From Nitrospinaceae bacterium (GTDB taxonomy: Bacteria; Nitrospinota; Nitrospinia; Nitrospinales; Nitrospinaceae), in NCBI GenBank assembly GCA_965223665.1, contig OZ245011.1, forward strand, positions 1,664,001-1,728,000: DNA of 64,000 nt, given 5' to 3'. The notes below the pieces were generated by a model. The model had not been told where the DNA came from, did not search any database, and worked only from the letters and a program-made list of their open reading frames with translations. Shown here piece after piece: positions 30,898-41,295 of the stretch. Position 1 is the first letter of the stretch, and the number at the start of each line of letters is the position of its first letter. Both the position numbers and the translations under genes were made by a program.

Positions 30898-30974
30898 TGA
30901 TCGTTCACTTTCTTCATAATGTTATTCCCTCAATTCCACGTAACAAACAAATAACAAATTAATATGAATAGGAA

Positions 30975-31082
30975 CCCATGTGTTCCCCCTTTATGAAGGG
31001 GGCTAGGGGGATTTTTCCTTATTCTTAAAATCCCAAGCGGTCAATCACCCTAACCCTCTTTAGAAAAGAGGGTATACATTGG
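30975..31082. repeat. Two short palindromic elements in opposite orientation
   Basis: 30975-31020 CCCATGTGTTCCCCCTT..AAGGGGGCTAGGGGGATTTT and 31027-31082 AAAATCCC..GGTCAATCACCC..CCCTCTTT..AAAGAGGG. Confidence 0.75.
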
Positions 31083-31131
31083 TCTGCACTTTTATATTGT
31101 GCTTGCCTTGTTCTTAGCCCATCGCCCGTTT

Positions 31132-31332
31132 TTAATCTTTTTTTGGGTTCAGTGACTCCTGCCAGGGGAAGATGATTAAGATTAGTCCGCACACAATGAT
31201 CCCGAAGTACGGCACCAATGAAAACAGGCTGGTGACCGGAGGCAAACCGACGCGCTGAAAGATGCGCCACATGGGATATGCAAACGCAATTCCCGATAAT
31301 AGTACCGCCACTAAATAATCTTCCAATTTCAC
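31132..31332 (-). CDS. Small membrane protein
   Basis: GGAG SD, GTG start; MWRIFQRVGLPP...SLVPYFG...FPW. Confidence 0.7.
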   Translation of the reverse strand: MKLEDYLVAVLLSGIAFAYPMWRIFQRVGLPPVTSLFSLVPYFGIIVCGLILIIFPWQESLNPKKD

Positions 31333-31543
31333 TTACTCCATTAAGATTTCATAGCCTGAAACCCCTATTCTACCTCATTTTTATTGAGCTGAAAAACTTA
31401 ACCTATAATGGAAAGAGTTACTTTTCTTAAAATTAAATTTCTACTCGAAATCTTCAAAAATTATTTATTTTTCCATACGTTTCGAAAACATACGGTTTAT
31501 ACTAAACAGGAAAGTTCGTTTTAGTATTTCAGGAAAAACTTTA

Positions 31544-31828
31544 ATGGAATCCAAATTCAAGAGTGATTTAAAATATGCTGCCTTATGGGCACTTTTAAGT
31601 ATTCCCATTTCTATTATGGGTGCTTTAATGAGTTGGGCAATAGTCCACGGTGGAGAGATATTGGCTCTTCCGGTTCTTCCGGCCATTATAGTCATTAATT
31701 ATTTGGAAGAATACAAAGTATTGCCACAATGGTTTATTCTGGGAATCGCCCTTGTAGCTCAATACATTGCTTATTTTATATTTTTTTATGGATTTACAAA
31801 GTTATTCAAATATCGAGAGAAAAAATAA
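31544..31828 (+). CDS. Small membrane protein
   Basis: 94-aa hydrophobic ORF with AGGA upstream. Confidence 0.6.
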   Translation: MESKFKSDLKYAALWALLSIPISIMGALMSWAIVHGGEILALPVLPAIIVINYLEEYKVLPQWFILGIALVAQYIAYFIFFYGFTKLFKYREKK

Positions 31829-31890
31829 TTCAAACAAAACCAGAACTTGTGAATTTTATGAGAAAGAAACCATTTCTAAGTGTGGTTCCA

Positions 31891-32583
31891 TTAAAACTGA
31901 TAAGCGATTCCAAAAGTTACCTGGTTAAAGGAAGGATCGCTGTGAGTTAATATCCCGGGGAATTGAGGTGCAAAATCAATGGTGGTTTTCTTCCTGAATT
32001 CTTTGTATTGGTAATCGGCTCTTATTTTCCAATGAGGAGTCACAGAAAATTCCAAACCACCACCAAGAGTCCAACCATTAAACAGTTTGGTACTGGACCA
32101 ACGTTCTCCGCAGCAAGTATAAGTCGTTTCTATCACCGCTCCGGTATATCCACCCGCGGCATAAATAAAAATATTTTTTATAAAACCGCCTACTTTTCCT
32201 CTAAATTCCCAAGTAGAATTGATTTTATGACTCTGTTCCTGAGTGGGAGCAACTTGAACCACATCTTTCATATTGGCTCCAAGAACAGCCCCTTCCAATC
32301 CTATAACAAATGGAGTGCCAGGAAACTGCCAATGGTATCCCAAGAAGCCGCCAAAGGTTAAACCATTTGGATTCATTTCCCAAGGTGATATAGCAGTAGG
32401 AATTCCGTTGACCGTCCCTACTTCGGTAGTGATCGAATAACCATATCCTACGGCGGTCCCAAGATAAAACCCAGACAGGCCGGGAGTTTTCGCAGAGGAC
32501 GCCCCGCTTTCATCACTAGCCCATGCAGGCATAATGGAATTTAACAACAATAGTATAGCCATGAATAGTCTTTTCATAATCAA
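31891..32583 (-). CDS. Outer-membrane beta-barrel protein (Omp25/RopB-like)
   Basis: Signal peptide; SGFYLG, GGFLGYHWQ, GWTLGGGLEF, C-terminal YQF. Confidence 0.85.
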   Translation of the reverse strand: MIMKRLFMAILLLLNSIMPAWASDESGASSAKTPGLSGFYLGTAVGYGYSITTEVGTVNGIPTAISPWEMNPNGLTFGGFLGYHWQFPGTPFVIGLEGAVLGANMKDVVQVAPTQEQSHKINSTWEFRGKVGGFIKNIFIYAAGGYTGAVIETTYTCCGERWSSTKLFNGWTLGGGLEFSVTPHWKIRADYQYKEFRKKTTIDFAPQFPGILTHSDPSFNQVTFGIAYQF

Positions 32584-33197
32584 ACTTTAACGATGTTGTG
32601 GAGAGAATTCGTTCCAACGAATTAAACTGAGCAACTAACCATTTTTGGGTATGCTTTTAGTTTAAGTTAAAATTTTAAGTTGTAAACACCCTATTCATTT
32701 CTTTTTTAAATTTATTTAAAAAACCCCTACTTAACACACTTAAAAAACTTTCATCCCTCATGTAATATATTTTTGAACAGAAATCAGAATTACTTGTGTC
32801 GAAACCTATGAGTAAACAGGAGTTTAACTATAAAATTTCTTACTCAGGTTCAAATAAAAATTTACAAGACTAATGTGAATAATACTTCCCATAAGGATTA
32901 ACATGAGCCGTCGAAAAATATTTTCAAAAAAAAAGCACCTCCCCCCATGATTTCTGCGACTCGTGGATACAATATGCCTACATTTCAGCCTACCCTTTTA
33001 GTACTGAATAACTAATTATAAAAAAAGAGAATTATTGATTTTCCCTATATTAAATCTAAAACCTAAATTCCAACCACTAATTAAGGGTATTTTTCTGGCA
33101 GTTTCGTCGACCCACCGTTTATACTAAAAAGCAACCCCTGACGACTTATTGAATCGATTAGTAACTGCTTCCCAATATCAATGATTTTCAAGTCCAA

Positions 33198-33698
33198 ATG
33201 ATTAAGAAATCAAGGAAACAGAATTACAAATGGGTTCAAATCATCGATTTAACAAAAACTTTTGTTCCGATGAATACGATTAAAGCCGTGCGGGAACTGC
33301 TTCAGCATATTCCCAACAGGCACCTGGTCGGGCTGAAGTCCATTACCATCAAGGATGAGTTTAAGGATAGAAAACTGGGTTCGAAACGGGGATTGTATTT
33401 TAAGAAAACTCAATCCACTGCCGCCACCATAGAGTTGTCGCTGCATGGAATTTTTGGTTCCGACCTTCTCATCGTCTACGTCATCCCTGTACTGGGAAAA
33501 ATTTTAATGGCGCAGGTTCTTCTTAAGGAATTGGCACTCCATCGCCTGGAACAAATCGAGGAAATTTCTGCACAGGAACAAAAAGAATTTCCACAAAAAT
33601 ATACGATCGAGATCATGAAGAAAGCGTTCCATAACTTTCTTCGATTTTATAAATGGTGCGGACCTTTCCGGCGTTGGGTCCTGAAGCACGCGGATTGA
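33198..33698 (+). CDS. Hypothetical protein, paralog 1 (degenerate zincin-like)
   Basis: IPNRHLVGLKSITIKD...GLY...IEL...LLKELALHRL. Confidence 0.7.
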   Translation: MIKKSRKQNYKWVQIIDLTKTFVPMNTIKAVRELLQHIPNRHLVGLKSITIKDEFKDRKLGSKRGLYFKKTQSTAATIELSLHGIFGSDLLIVYVIPVLGKILMAQVLLKELALHRLEQIEEISAQEQKEFPQKYTIEIMKKAFHNFLRFYKWCGPFRRWVLKHAD

Positions 33699-33709
33699 AT
33701 AACTTTGGA

Positions 33710-34222
33710 ATGCAGAGCGCCAACACATTAAAACATTTACGATACAGGTCGATTGACCTCATCGATTTAACCACGCAGTGGGTTCCGATGAACATGGTAA
33801 AGTCCATGCAAAAGTTATTGCAAGCTATTCCGCATGAACAGTTAGAGGGACTGGAGTCGATCACGATAAAAGATAAATTCTCCAACCCAATACTGGACAA
33901 AACAGGCGGAATTTATTTTAAGGCAGGCAAAACCACATCAGCCAGAATTGAACTCTCTGCCAAAGGAGTGTTCGTTACAAATCCCAGAGTAGCGTGCTCC
34001 ATTCCTATAGGACGAAAAGTTCTGCTGGCTGCCACTTTATACCGTGAACTGGCACGCCATCGCTTAGAACAGGTGGAAGGTCTTTCTAAAAAAGAAAGGA
34101 ATGAATTTGTAAATAATTATTCCCGGCAGTGCATGAGGGCGGCCTTTAAAAATTTGTATCAGTTTATTCAATGGTGCGGACCCTTAAAGCGGTGGATCAA
34201 AAAGAGAAATAAATCGGGGTAA
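33710..34222 (+). CDS. Hypothetical protein, paralog 2 (degenerate zincin-like)
   Basis: IPHEQLEGLESITIKD...GIY...IEL...LYRELARHRL; aligns with paralog 1 over most of its length. Confidence 0.7.
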   Translation: MQSANTLKHLRYRSIDLIDLTTQWVPMNMVKSMQKLLQAIPHEQLEGLESITIKDKFSNPILDKTGGIYFKAGKTTSARIELSAKGVFVTNPRVACSIPIGRKVLLAATLYRELARHRLEQVEGLSKKERNEFVNNYSRQCMRAAFKNLYQFIQWCGPLKRWIKKRNKSG

Positions 34223-34236
34223 ATAAACTCAAACTT

Positions 34237-34818
34237 ATGGATGAACTCAATTCTGAAATTGAAAAACAGTTTGAACAGGCAGACCAGTTTTTAAAAGCCG
34301 AGGATTATAAATCCGCTTTTGAAGTTTACAAAACTTTGTCTGATCAAGGATGGAACGAATGCGACACCATACTGGGATGGATGTATGGATTTGGCAAAGG
34401 AACCGAAGTCGACTTTGAAGCAGCCGAAAAATATCTTTCGCGCCCAGCGCAGGCAGGAAACGAAGAAAGCCAGTTTTATCTGGGCAAACTTCATATTATA
34501 AAAGGGGATTATAGGTCCGCCACTCTCTGGCTGGAAATGGCCGCCGCTTCCAGGTATGCACCGGCGTGGCATAACCTGGGTTGCCTGTATAACAACAAAC
34601 GTTTGGAAATCCGCAACGAAGAACGCGCGTTTAATTATTTCGAACGAGCTTCGCAACTGGGTCACATCTCCGGACAAATTCGATTGGCGTATAAACTGAT
34701 CCAGGGATTTCGCGGATGGGTTCGCATTCCCAAAGGTTTTTACCTTCTAATCAAGTCTATAATTTCCGCTTTAACCATTTCCCGTCAAAACATCCACGAT
34801 GATCGGTTACACTATTAA
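34237..34818 (+). CDS. Sel1-repeat protein
   Basis: LGWMYGFGKGTEVDFEAA, SQFYLG, AWHNLGCLY, AFNYFERASQLGH. Confidence 0.85.
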   Translation: MDELNSEIEKQFEQADQFLKAEDYKSAFEVYKTLSDQGWNECDTILGWMYGFGKGTEVDFEAAEKYLSRPAQAGNEESQFYLGKLHIIKGDYRSATLWLEMAAASRYAPAWHNLGCLYNNKRLEIRNEERAFNYFERASQLGHISGQIRLAYKLIQGFRGWVRIPKGFYLLIKSIISALTISRQNIHDDRLHY

Positions 34819-34846
34819 GAATGAAAACCCAAAAAGGATATAAATC

Positions 34847-35263
34847 ATGAAAAGGAATTCAAAGCCCATCGTTGGGCTTAAGGGAATCGTTTTCATAATC
34901 GCAGCTTTCTTCCTTTTTTATGAAACTTCAAATGCTCTGGAGTTGAATGCAGCCCAGGAAAGAGAACAAAAGGATCCTCTGGAAGAACTTAAATCAGTGT
35001 CATTAGAGTTTGTAGAAGCCCAAAAATATGGTGATGGAGAAATACAAGTTTGGAATATCAGGAACATAGGGAAAAGAAACATTGAAAGTATAATCTTTAG
35101 CTACTTTTATCATCTACCCGACGAAGAAATATCTGTAGATATCGATATCACCAAAAAGATTCCTCCCGGCGGAATAAAACAGGTTTCATTTTTTATTGAT
35201 GAATTGCCCAATGACCATCATGGTGTAATCGTAGCTTTTGGTAAAGTGAAATTTTCAAAATGA
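34847..35263 (+). CDS. Hypothetical exported protein
   Basis: AAGGA SD; signal peptide. Confidence 0.6.
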   Translation: MKRNSKPIVGLKGIVFIIAAFFLFYETSNALELNAAQEREQKDPLEELKSVSLEFVEAQKYGDGEIQVWNIRNIGKRNIESIIFSYFYHLPDEEISVDIDITKKIPPGGIKQVSFFIDELPNDHHGVIVAFGKVKFSK

Positions 35264-35297
35264 CCCAACTTACTTTAATAAAATATTTAACCCATAA

Positions 35298-35744
35298 ATG
35301 AAAAACTCATCCGAGGTGTTAATTACAAGCTTCTTTCCCAAATGGTTTCTTTGGCTAATCTTCATAAGTTGGGTCGGCAGCAATTTGCTATTTGTTATTG
35401 GGATTGTTGTATTCGTTTCAAACGATCAGGAAATTTACACTAAATACTTAATAGTATTTCTTTTAATTTTTCTCGGTGGAATCTGGATGTCGGGGTTTGT
35501 TTTTTCAAAAGCGACAGCTCAGGCTGAAGGTTTGTATTTGGACAACCCCTTTAAACAAAGGGAATTTGTCGCCTGGGAAAACATTATTGAGATAAGAAAG
35601 CCTCAATTAAAAATTCCCTATGATTTTATTTATGTTATTTCTCGTTCTGGAAAAAAGATAACCCTGATTAAAAGCATGAAAAACTTCAAGCAACTTTTAG
35701 AGGTGATTCAAACCAAGGCAAAAAACATAAACCATGATCGGTAA
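35298..35744 (+). CDS. Hypothetical membrane protein (two TMs and PH-like domain)
   Basis: Two hydrophobic segments then EGLYL....VAWENIIEI. Confidence 0.6.
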   Translation: MKNSSEVLITSFFPKWFLWLIFISWVGSNLLFVIGIVVFVSNDQEIYTKYLIVFLLIFLGGIWMSGFVFSKATAQAEGLYLDNPFKQREFVAWENIIEIRKPQLKIPYDFIYVISRSGKKITLIKSMKNFKQLLEVIQTKAKNINHDR

Positions 35745-35755
35745 AATTATTAATT

Positions 35756-36745
35756 ATGAAATCTAAAAGCAAAAACAGTTTGTATGACCAGGCTTTAAAG
35801 GAAGCACTCAGGAAAATACCGGACTTTTGGCTAGTTGATAATTGGTCTAAGTTAATTTTGATAATTACCTTGTTAATAGTTTTTGATTTCAGTGGGGTTT
35901 CCCGGGCGGACAATATAAATTTAGGAGCAAAAGCTGGTCAAGAGGGGATTCGATTATTAAATCAAGGAATAAAAGCCAGGGAAGAAGGCCGGTATAATCA
36001 AGCTATAAAATTTTATGAAACGGCAATGCTTAAACTCAAGGAAGGGTTTGGAGACAAAGACCCTAAAGTGGCAATTACTTTAAACGACTTGGGTTTAGTT
36101 TGGGACAGCAAGGAAAAATACGACACTGCTCTTGAACATTATAACAAGGCATTATCTATTTTTTATAATGCATATGGCAAACAACATCCCTGGATTGCAA
36201 CCTGCTTGAATAATATGGGTTTGAGTTGGAAACATAAAGGAAACACTGATAAAGCCATTGAGTTTTATGAAAAAGCGTTGGCAATCCATATCAAAATTCA
36301 TGGAAAAGATCATCCCGCTGTTGCAACCGACTGGAACAACTTAGGGGTTGCTTGGCACAGTAAAGGAAATTTGGAAAAAGCAATTCAATTATATGAAAAA
36401 GCCTTAACCAGTGGCTTAAACACATTTGGAGAAGACCATCCCGATGTAGCAAACCGATTTAATAATTTGGGAACGGCCTGGAGAGATAAAGGTGACTACC
36501 ATTTAGCCATGCAATATTTCAATAACGCTCAAGAAAGTTTGAAAATTGTTCTTGGAGAAAATCATCCACATTTAGCTATCGTTTGGTCAAATATTGCAAA
36601 CACTTTAGAGTTACAACACAAATATGATCGTGCTTTAGATTATTACGAAAAAGCAAAATTAATGTATCAACAATTCGAAATGGGAAATAGTGAAAAAAGA
36701 ATGAGGGTAAAAATCCAAAACCTTCTAAAAAAGATTCACCACTGA
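35756..36745 (+). CDS. TPR protein with N-terminal TM/signal segment
   Basis: 42-aa HPxVAxxxNNLGxAW repeats of the same type as 21339-23063. Confidence 0.88.
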   Translation: MKSKSKNSLYDQALKEALRKIPDFWLVDNWSKLILIITLLIVFDFSGVSRADNINLGAKAGQEGIRLLNQGIKAREEGRYNQAIKFYETAMLKLKEGFGDKDPKVAITLNDLGLVWDSKEKYDTALEHYNKALSIFYNAYGKQHPWIATCLNNMGLSWKHKGNTDKAIEFYEKALAIHIKIHGKDHPAVATDWNNLGVAWHSKGNLEKAIQLYEKALTSGLNTFGEDHPDVANRFNNLGTAWRDKGDYHLAMQYFNNAQESLKIVLGENHPHLAIVWSNIANTLELQHKYDRALDYYEKAKLMYQQFEMGNSEKRMRVKIQNLLKKIHH

Positions 36746-37095
36746 AAGCAAAAAGAAACTCCTTTCTCATGATTCATTCATTTTAGAGAGCATATTTTCA
36801 TCTAGAATTAAATTCACCATTCTCACTCAGTTGGTAACGTTTTTATCAAAAATATAAGGTCCTCCCAATTCCTAATTCGGGCAAATACAAATATAATTCG
36901 GCCCTCTACCGAATATTCATTAAAAACTTTTAATGGTAAAATCACCTTATTTTTGTTATTTTCCGCTTTGACCTCTTCTGTTGATACGTTACACTTAAAA
37001 ATGAACAGAATTCCCGAAATTCCACAACCATAACTCATCCCATCCCTTAATTAGGGATCCTGTGGTCTTTTCAAAAAATACTCGTAGTCAAAGGA

Positions 37096-37764
37096 ATGGA
37101 GTCATTCATGGTGAAAGTTCTCAAGCTGGTGGTTTTCTTCTATTTTTCATTTGCCGTCACGGGATGTGCCCTCAATGAAAACATTTTTGATAAAGTGCGG
37201 CGCAATGCAAAACATGTGAAACAGGTTACCAGTGTTCCAAGCAGCTGCATTAGTCTTGGAGAGATTAAACTGCATGACTTTTACGAATCCGACAATCCGG
37301 ATTACAATCGCGACAGCTTCATTAATTATTTTGCCAACATAACAAAACGACGCGGTGGAGATACGTTTCGCGTGCTGAAAAAATATAAAAGTGAGTACGC
37401 TCCCGCAGGATTCCCCAAGGAAATTTATTTGAATGGAGTCGCGCAAGCGTACCGATGCGATAAAAAAGAAAACTTTGTGTTTGATAAAAAATGGGCGGTG
37501 CACATCACCGAGGAAGAGCCCAAAGAATGCGAGTTCATGGGGGAAACCACTGAAAGAAGTGTCTACATTGATGATGCTGAAACAAATTTAAGAGCCAGCG
37601 CCGTCACCTACAAAGCCAACACCATTTTTATTAAAGATAAAATTAAGCATTACAACATTGGCACCAAACGCGGATTCTATGATTCCGTAGAAACCGATGC
37701 CCATTTGTATTCCTGTCGCAAGTCGCAACGTCTCACCAGCACCAGCACAAACACATCCCCATAA
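37096..37764 (+). CDS. Lipoprotein with two DUF4156-like units
   Basis: AVTGC lipobox; CISLGEI...GGDT...AQAYRC and CEFMGET...KANTI...AHLYSC. Confidence 0.6.
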   Translation: MESFMVKVLKLVVFFYFSFAVTGCALNENIFDKVRRNAKHVKQVTSVPSSCISLGEIKLHDFYESDNPDYNRDSFINYFANITKRRGGDTFRVLKKYKSEYAPAGFPKEIYLNGVAQAYRCDKKENFVFDKKWAVHITEEEPKECEFMGETTERSVYIDDAETNLRASAVTYKANTIFIKDKIKHYNIGTKRGFYDSVETDAHLYSCRKSQRLTSTSTNTSP

Positions 37765-37807
37765 TAGGTTCTAACGTTACCTTCTTTGCTGTCACAAACC
37801 ATCACTC

Positions 37808-38206
37808 ATGAAAACCTATCAGAAAGTAACGCTTTGGAGCGCCGCTGGAATTTTAATCTTATCTCTGGGAGCCTGGGCATTTTTCGAAACCACATTTTCC
37901 GGATGGGGCCTCTGCGTCAATACTATTTATCAAACCGAAGTTTCTCCCGATAAGACCCATCGGGCTGTTATTTTTCAAAGAAACTGTGGTGCGACTACAG
38001 GATTCAGCACTCAGGTTTCTATACTCGGTCATGACGATGCATTGCCTGAAGGCAAAGGCAATACCTATATTGCCGCCGGCCATCCGCAAATCACGAAACT
38101 TCAATTGAATTGGCTCGATGAAATGCACCTGTCTATCAGAAATACAGACTCCGCAGCTTTCAAGTCAGAAACTCGCATTGGCTCCATACAGGTTTCCTAT
38201 AAGTAA
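37808..38206 (+). CDS. Membrane-anchored protein (DUF5412-like)
   Basis: CxN....SPD...AVIFQRNCGATTGFSTQVSI. Confidence 0.65.
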   Translation: MKTYQKVTLWSAAGILILSLGAWAFFETTFSGWGLCVNTIYQTEVSPDKTHRAVIFQRNCGATTGFSTQVSILGHDDALPEGKGNTYIAAGHPQITKLQLNWLDEMHLSIRNTDSAAFKSETRIGSIQVSYK

Positions 38207-38419
38207 AGCTAACTCATGAATCGAGGTTTAGCGCACCATCCCTCCCCACCGCTTTATTTCCTGATAGTGGAGATTCATTTTTCTGGTTATACTATTAGGT
38301 ATAATATGAAAACTGCCTATTTTCCTATTGAAAACGTATCGGTCAAAAAGTTTAAGCGTTTTAAAAGCACACACCCACCGAGGTTTGACCCAAAAATTAA
38401 TTTATAGAATTATGTTTTA

Positions 38420-39151
38420 ATGAAGAAAATACTACGCTCCATACTTCTTATTGCTACCTGCATGGTTTTACTCTTTGCGGTTTTTACCTATGGTCGTCCC
38501 ATCTGGGTTCCGGTGGTTCACAAAATAGTCGGCAAAAAAACGGTAGAGGACGCTTTAAAAAGATATGGTGCTGGGGCACGGTCTCGGCTTAGACCCTTCT
38601 TCAAAACAAACAAAGTTTCGTACCCTCCGGAAAAAATCACAATGCTGTTTATTAAAAACCAATCTTTAATGGAACTTTGGGCAGAAAATGAAACTCGTTC
38701 AAAGTTGATCCGATCCTATTCCGTTAAAGCCTGGAGCGGAAAATTGGGACCTAAACTCCAGGAGGGAGACCGGCAGGTTCCTGAGGGAATTTACAAAATT
38801 GTCGGGTTAAATCCCAACAGCGCCTACCACCTTTCTTTAAAGCTCAACTATCCAAATGATTTTGACCAGAAACATGCGAAAGAAGAAAATCGATTGCATC
38901 CCGGGTCCAACATATTTATTCACGGCAAAGCGGTGTCCATCGGTTGTTTGGCCATGGGGGACACAGCAATGGAAGAATTATTCGTCCTTGCCGCCGATGT
39001 AGGCAAATCCAACATTACCGTAGCCATCGCCCCGCACGATCCCAGACTGGAACCCTTATCCCTGAACCTTCCCCCGGCCTGGAAGGGCACCCTCTATAAA
39101 AACTTAAACGAATTTTTTCGAAAATACCGATACAGTATCCAGAGCAGTTAA
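38420..39151 (+). CDS. YkuD-family L,D-transpeptidase-like protein (YafK/DpaA-like)
   Basis: GPKLQEGDRQVPEGIY, NPNSAYHLS..LNYPN, IFIHGKAVSIGC catalytic His/Cys. Confidence 0.9.
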   Translation: MKKILRSILLIATCMVLLFAVFTYGRPIWVPVVHKIVGKKTVEDALKRYGAGARSRLRPFFKTNKVSYPPEKITMLFIKNQSLMELWAENETRSKLIRSYSVKAWSGKLGPKLQEGDRQVPEGIYKIVGLNPNSAYHLSLKLNYPNDFDQKHAKEENRLHPGSNIFIHGKAVSIGCLAMGDTAMEELFVLAADVGKSNITVAIAPHDPRLEPLSLNLPPAWKGTLYKNLNEFFRKYRYSIQSS

Positions 39152-39171
39152 ACCGAATGATAATCTAATGG

Positions 39172-39522
39172 TCAACCGCGCGAGGCGGATTGCAGATGGC
39201 GGATGTATTGGACGATGCCTTCAATTTCTTTTTTATTCACTCGATCTCTTTGCGAGGACATCACACCAGAAGCCGAGCCATTGAGAATGGTTTGTTTAAT
39301 ACGTTCATTAGGAAAGTTTTTTGAGGAGTAAGAATTTTGAGTGAGGTCGGGAGCCCTCCCGCCACCTTTTGCATCGGGTCCATGGCAGTTACCGCACACC
39401 CGATGAAAAGTTCTTTGCCCGACTTCCAGCTCCTGCGGCAATTGCGGATGAGACTCCACCGAACAAGCCAGATTCGAAACACAAATTAAAATCAATGGTA
39501 TCCAGAATTTTGAATAGTTCAC
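39172..39522 (-). CDS. Monohaem cytochrome c, probable lipoprotein
   Basis: CGNCH haem motif, APDL, distal Met; NLAC lipobox-like. Confidence 0.88.
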   Translation of the reverse strand: MNYSKFWIPLILICVSNLACSVESHPQLPQELEVGQRTFHRVCGNCHGPDAKGGGRAPDLTQNSYSSKNFPNERIKQTILNGSASGVMSSQRDRVNKKEIEGIVQYIRHLQSASRG

Positions 39523-39646
39523 TGCAAAGCTCCCTGGTTACCTATCATTCTAACTCAATTCATCTACCGAGTTCCAGTCGAATTCTTTCTTTGAACAGGG
39601 AAAGGGGCTGCAAAGAATTGCTTTTTGTCTTTGGCGAGAAATTATT

Positions 39647-40264
39647 TTATTTCAACGGATGGTCAAACCAGTCTTCTACCAACTCTTTTTGAATGCCCTT
39701 TACCTTTTGGACTTTCCAGGCGGGATTACACCCCAACGATGCAAACCAGGCTTCAGTCTGCCCGTCCTGCACGCGGTAAACCATTACGCTGCCTTTTTGA
39801 TTGCTTTCAGTGTTTGATGTAAACCAGACGAACAAACCCGAATTGGTAAAACTCGTTACACGATGTTGCAGATGAGAATTGTTTGGTTTTCTCCAGTAAA
39901 GAATGGGCCAACGCGGTTTATCAACTCCTCCATAAGTTCCATCGTCATAACGCGACCAGTATTCCATTCGCCCCATTTGCTTCGGATTGAATGGAGGAAA
40001 CGTTAAATGATCCTGATACTTTTCTTCCTTGCAAGTATCAAATTGAGGTGGAAGTTCGAGGCTGTTTGGACCTAACTGTTTTCCCAGAAAGGCTATGACT
40101 CCATACCCGGAATACCTGAGCCATTTATGATCGAACCATTTATTGATACGAAACACATACACATCTTGAGGTTTGAACTCAGGGATTGAACGGGCCACCA
40201 GCCTGTTCAATCCCGTCATAAAAACCTTGTCATCATCCTTTTTATATTCAATACTAATTATCAT
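39647..40264 (-). CDS. Hypothetical protein
   Basis: 205-aa ORF co-oriented with the SRPBCC/ArsR pair. Confidence 0.65.
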   Translation of the reverse strand: MIISIEYKKDDDKVFMTGLNRLVARSIPEFKPQDVYVFRINKWFDHKWLRYSGYGVIAFLGKQLGPNSLELPPQFDTCKEEKYQDHLTFPPFNPKQMGRMEYWSRYDDGTYGGVDKPRWPILYWRKPNNSHLQHRVTSFTNSGLFVWFTSNTESNQKGSVMVYRVQDGQTEAWFASLGCNPAWKVQKVKGIQKELVEDWFDHPLK

Positions 40265-40280
40265 TCAATTCAATTCCAAT

Positions 40281-40736
40281 CTATTCCTTATTACAATGGT
40301 TCCCGGATTCAAAGCACAAGCCATCGGTCGGACGGCCTTCGCAGATCGCCTGGAGAAGCGGCAGTGCGTGCATTTTCCAACCTTCTCCAAACGAATCGGC
40401 TGCCGGCTTTTGAGTTACATTGTAGTGACGTAATACCAGGTGCGTCCCCTTCCCTTTCGGTTGCAGTTTGATTTCCACTGTGGAGCTTCCCGGCTCAATG
40501 TTTTCCACCCCGCCCCAGGTGAACACCACCTTTTCATGCGGCACCACTTCCACATACTCGCCGCGGCAGTGAATGCCATCGTTCGTGCCAATATGAAATA
40601 CGCCGCCCGGGCGTGCCTCGGCTTCAACGATTTCTGCAAACCATTCTTTCATTTTTGAAGCATCCGTCAGGTACAGGAACACGGTTTCCGGTGTTGCTTC
40701 GATTTCAATTTCTCGTGTGAGTTCATAGGATTCCAT
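40281..40736 (-). CDS. SRPBCC/AHA1-like domain protein
   Basis: REIEIEATPETVF..LTD....EWF, GEYVEVVP.EKVVFTW, GW. Confidence 0.9.
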   Translation of the reverse strand: MESYELTREIEIEATPETVFLYLTDASKMKEWFAEIVEAEARPGGVFHIGTNDGIHCRGEYVEVVPHEKVVFTWGGVENIEPGSSTVEIKLQPKGKGTHLVLRHYNVTQKPAADSFGEGWKMHALPLLQAICEGRPTDGLCFESGNHCNKE

Positions 40737-41050
40737 TATTTTCTCCTTTTTCGTTCATGGCGTTCTGCCGCCTGTTTCAGTTTTCTCAGACGCGGATCCC
40801 AGAAGCCTTCCAAAAATGATTTCAAGGCTTCGAACCCTTCCGGCCGAACGCGATAGAGACGACGCGTGCCATCCCGCCGTTCCTCAATCAATCCATTTTT
40901 CTTTAACACCGTTAAATGCTGCGAAACCGCAGGCCGGGTAATGCCTTTAAACTTTTTAGCAATCTCCCCGGCGGACAATTCCCGGTCCCGCACCATCTTT
41001 AAAATCTGTAGCCGATTCGGCTCTGCCATCGCTTGTATGATTGTATCCAT
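40736..41050 (-). CDS. ArsR/SmtB-family transcriptional regulator
   Basis: AMAEPNRLQIL...SAGEIA....TRPAVSQHLTVL...GTRRLY; coupled to the SRPBCC gene. Confidence 0.92.
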   Translation of the reverse strand: MDTIIQAMAEPNRLQILKMVRDRELSAGEIAKKFKGITRPAVSQHLTVLKKNGLIEERRDGTRRLYRVRPEGFEALKSFLEGFWDPRLRKLKQAAERHERKRRK

Positions 41051-41225
41051 GAGCTTATGTTAGTACAAACTAACGTAAGTATCAACTAAAATTAGCAGCG
41101 TGACGCTGCACCCTAAATTTAATCTCCAATTATTCTTTGAGGAAGCCGTATATAAAAATAATTCCCCGTTATTTAATTGATCTTTTGGTCCATAAGCAAC
41201 CACAGAAAACGTTAAATGGAAATTG

Positions 41226-41279
41226 ATGTGCTCCCCCTTTCATGAAGGGGGCTGGGGGGATTTTACCTTCAGGGGTTTT
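41226..41279 (+). repeat. Short palindromic element (a GCAGCGTGACGCTGC fragment also lies at 41095-41113)
   Basis: ATGTGCTCCCCTT..AAGGGGGCTGGGGGGATTTTACC..AGGGGTTTT. Confidence 0.75.
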
Positions 41280-41295
41280 ATCGAAATAAATTTTC

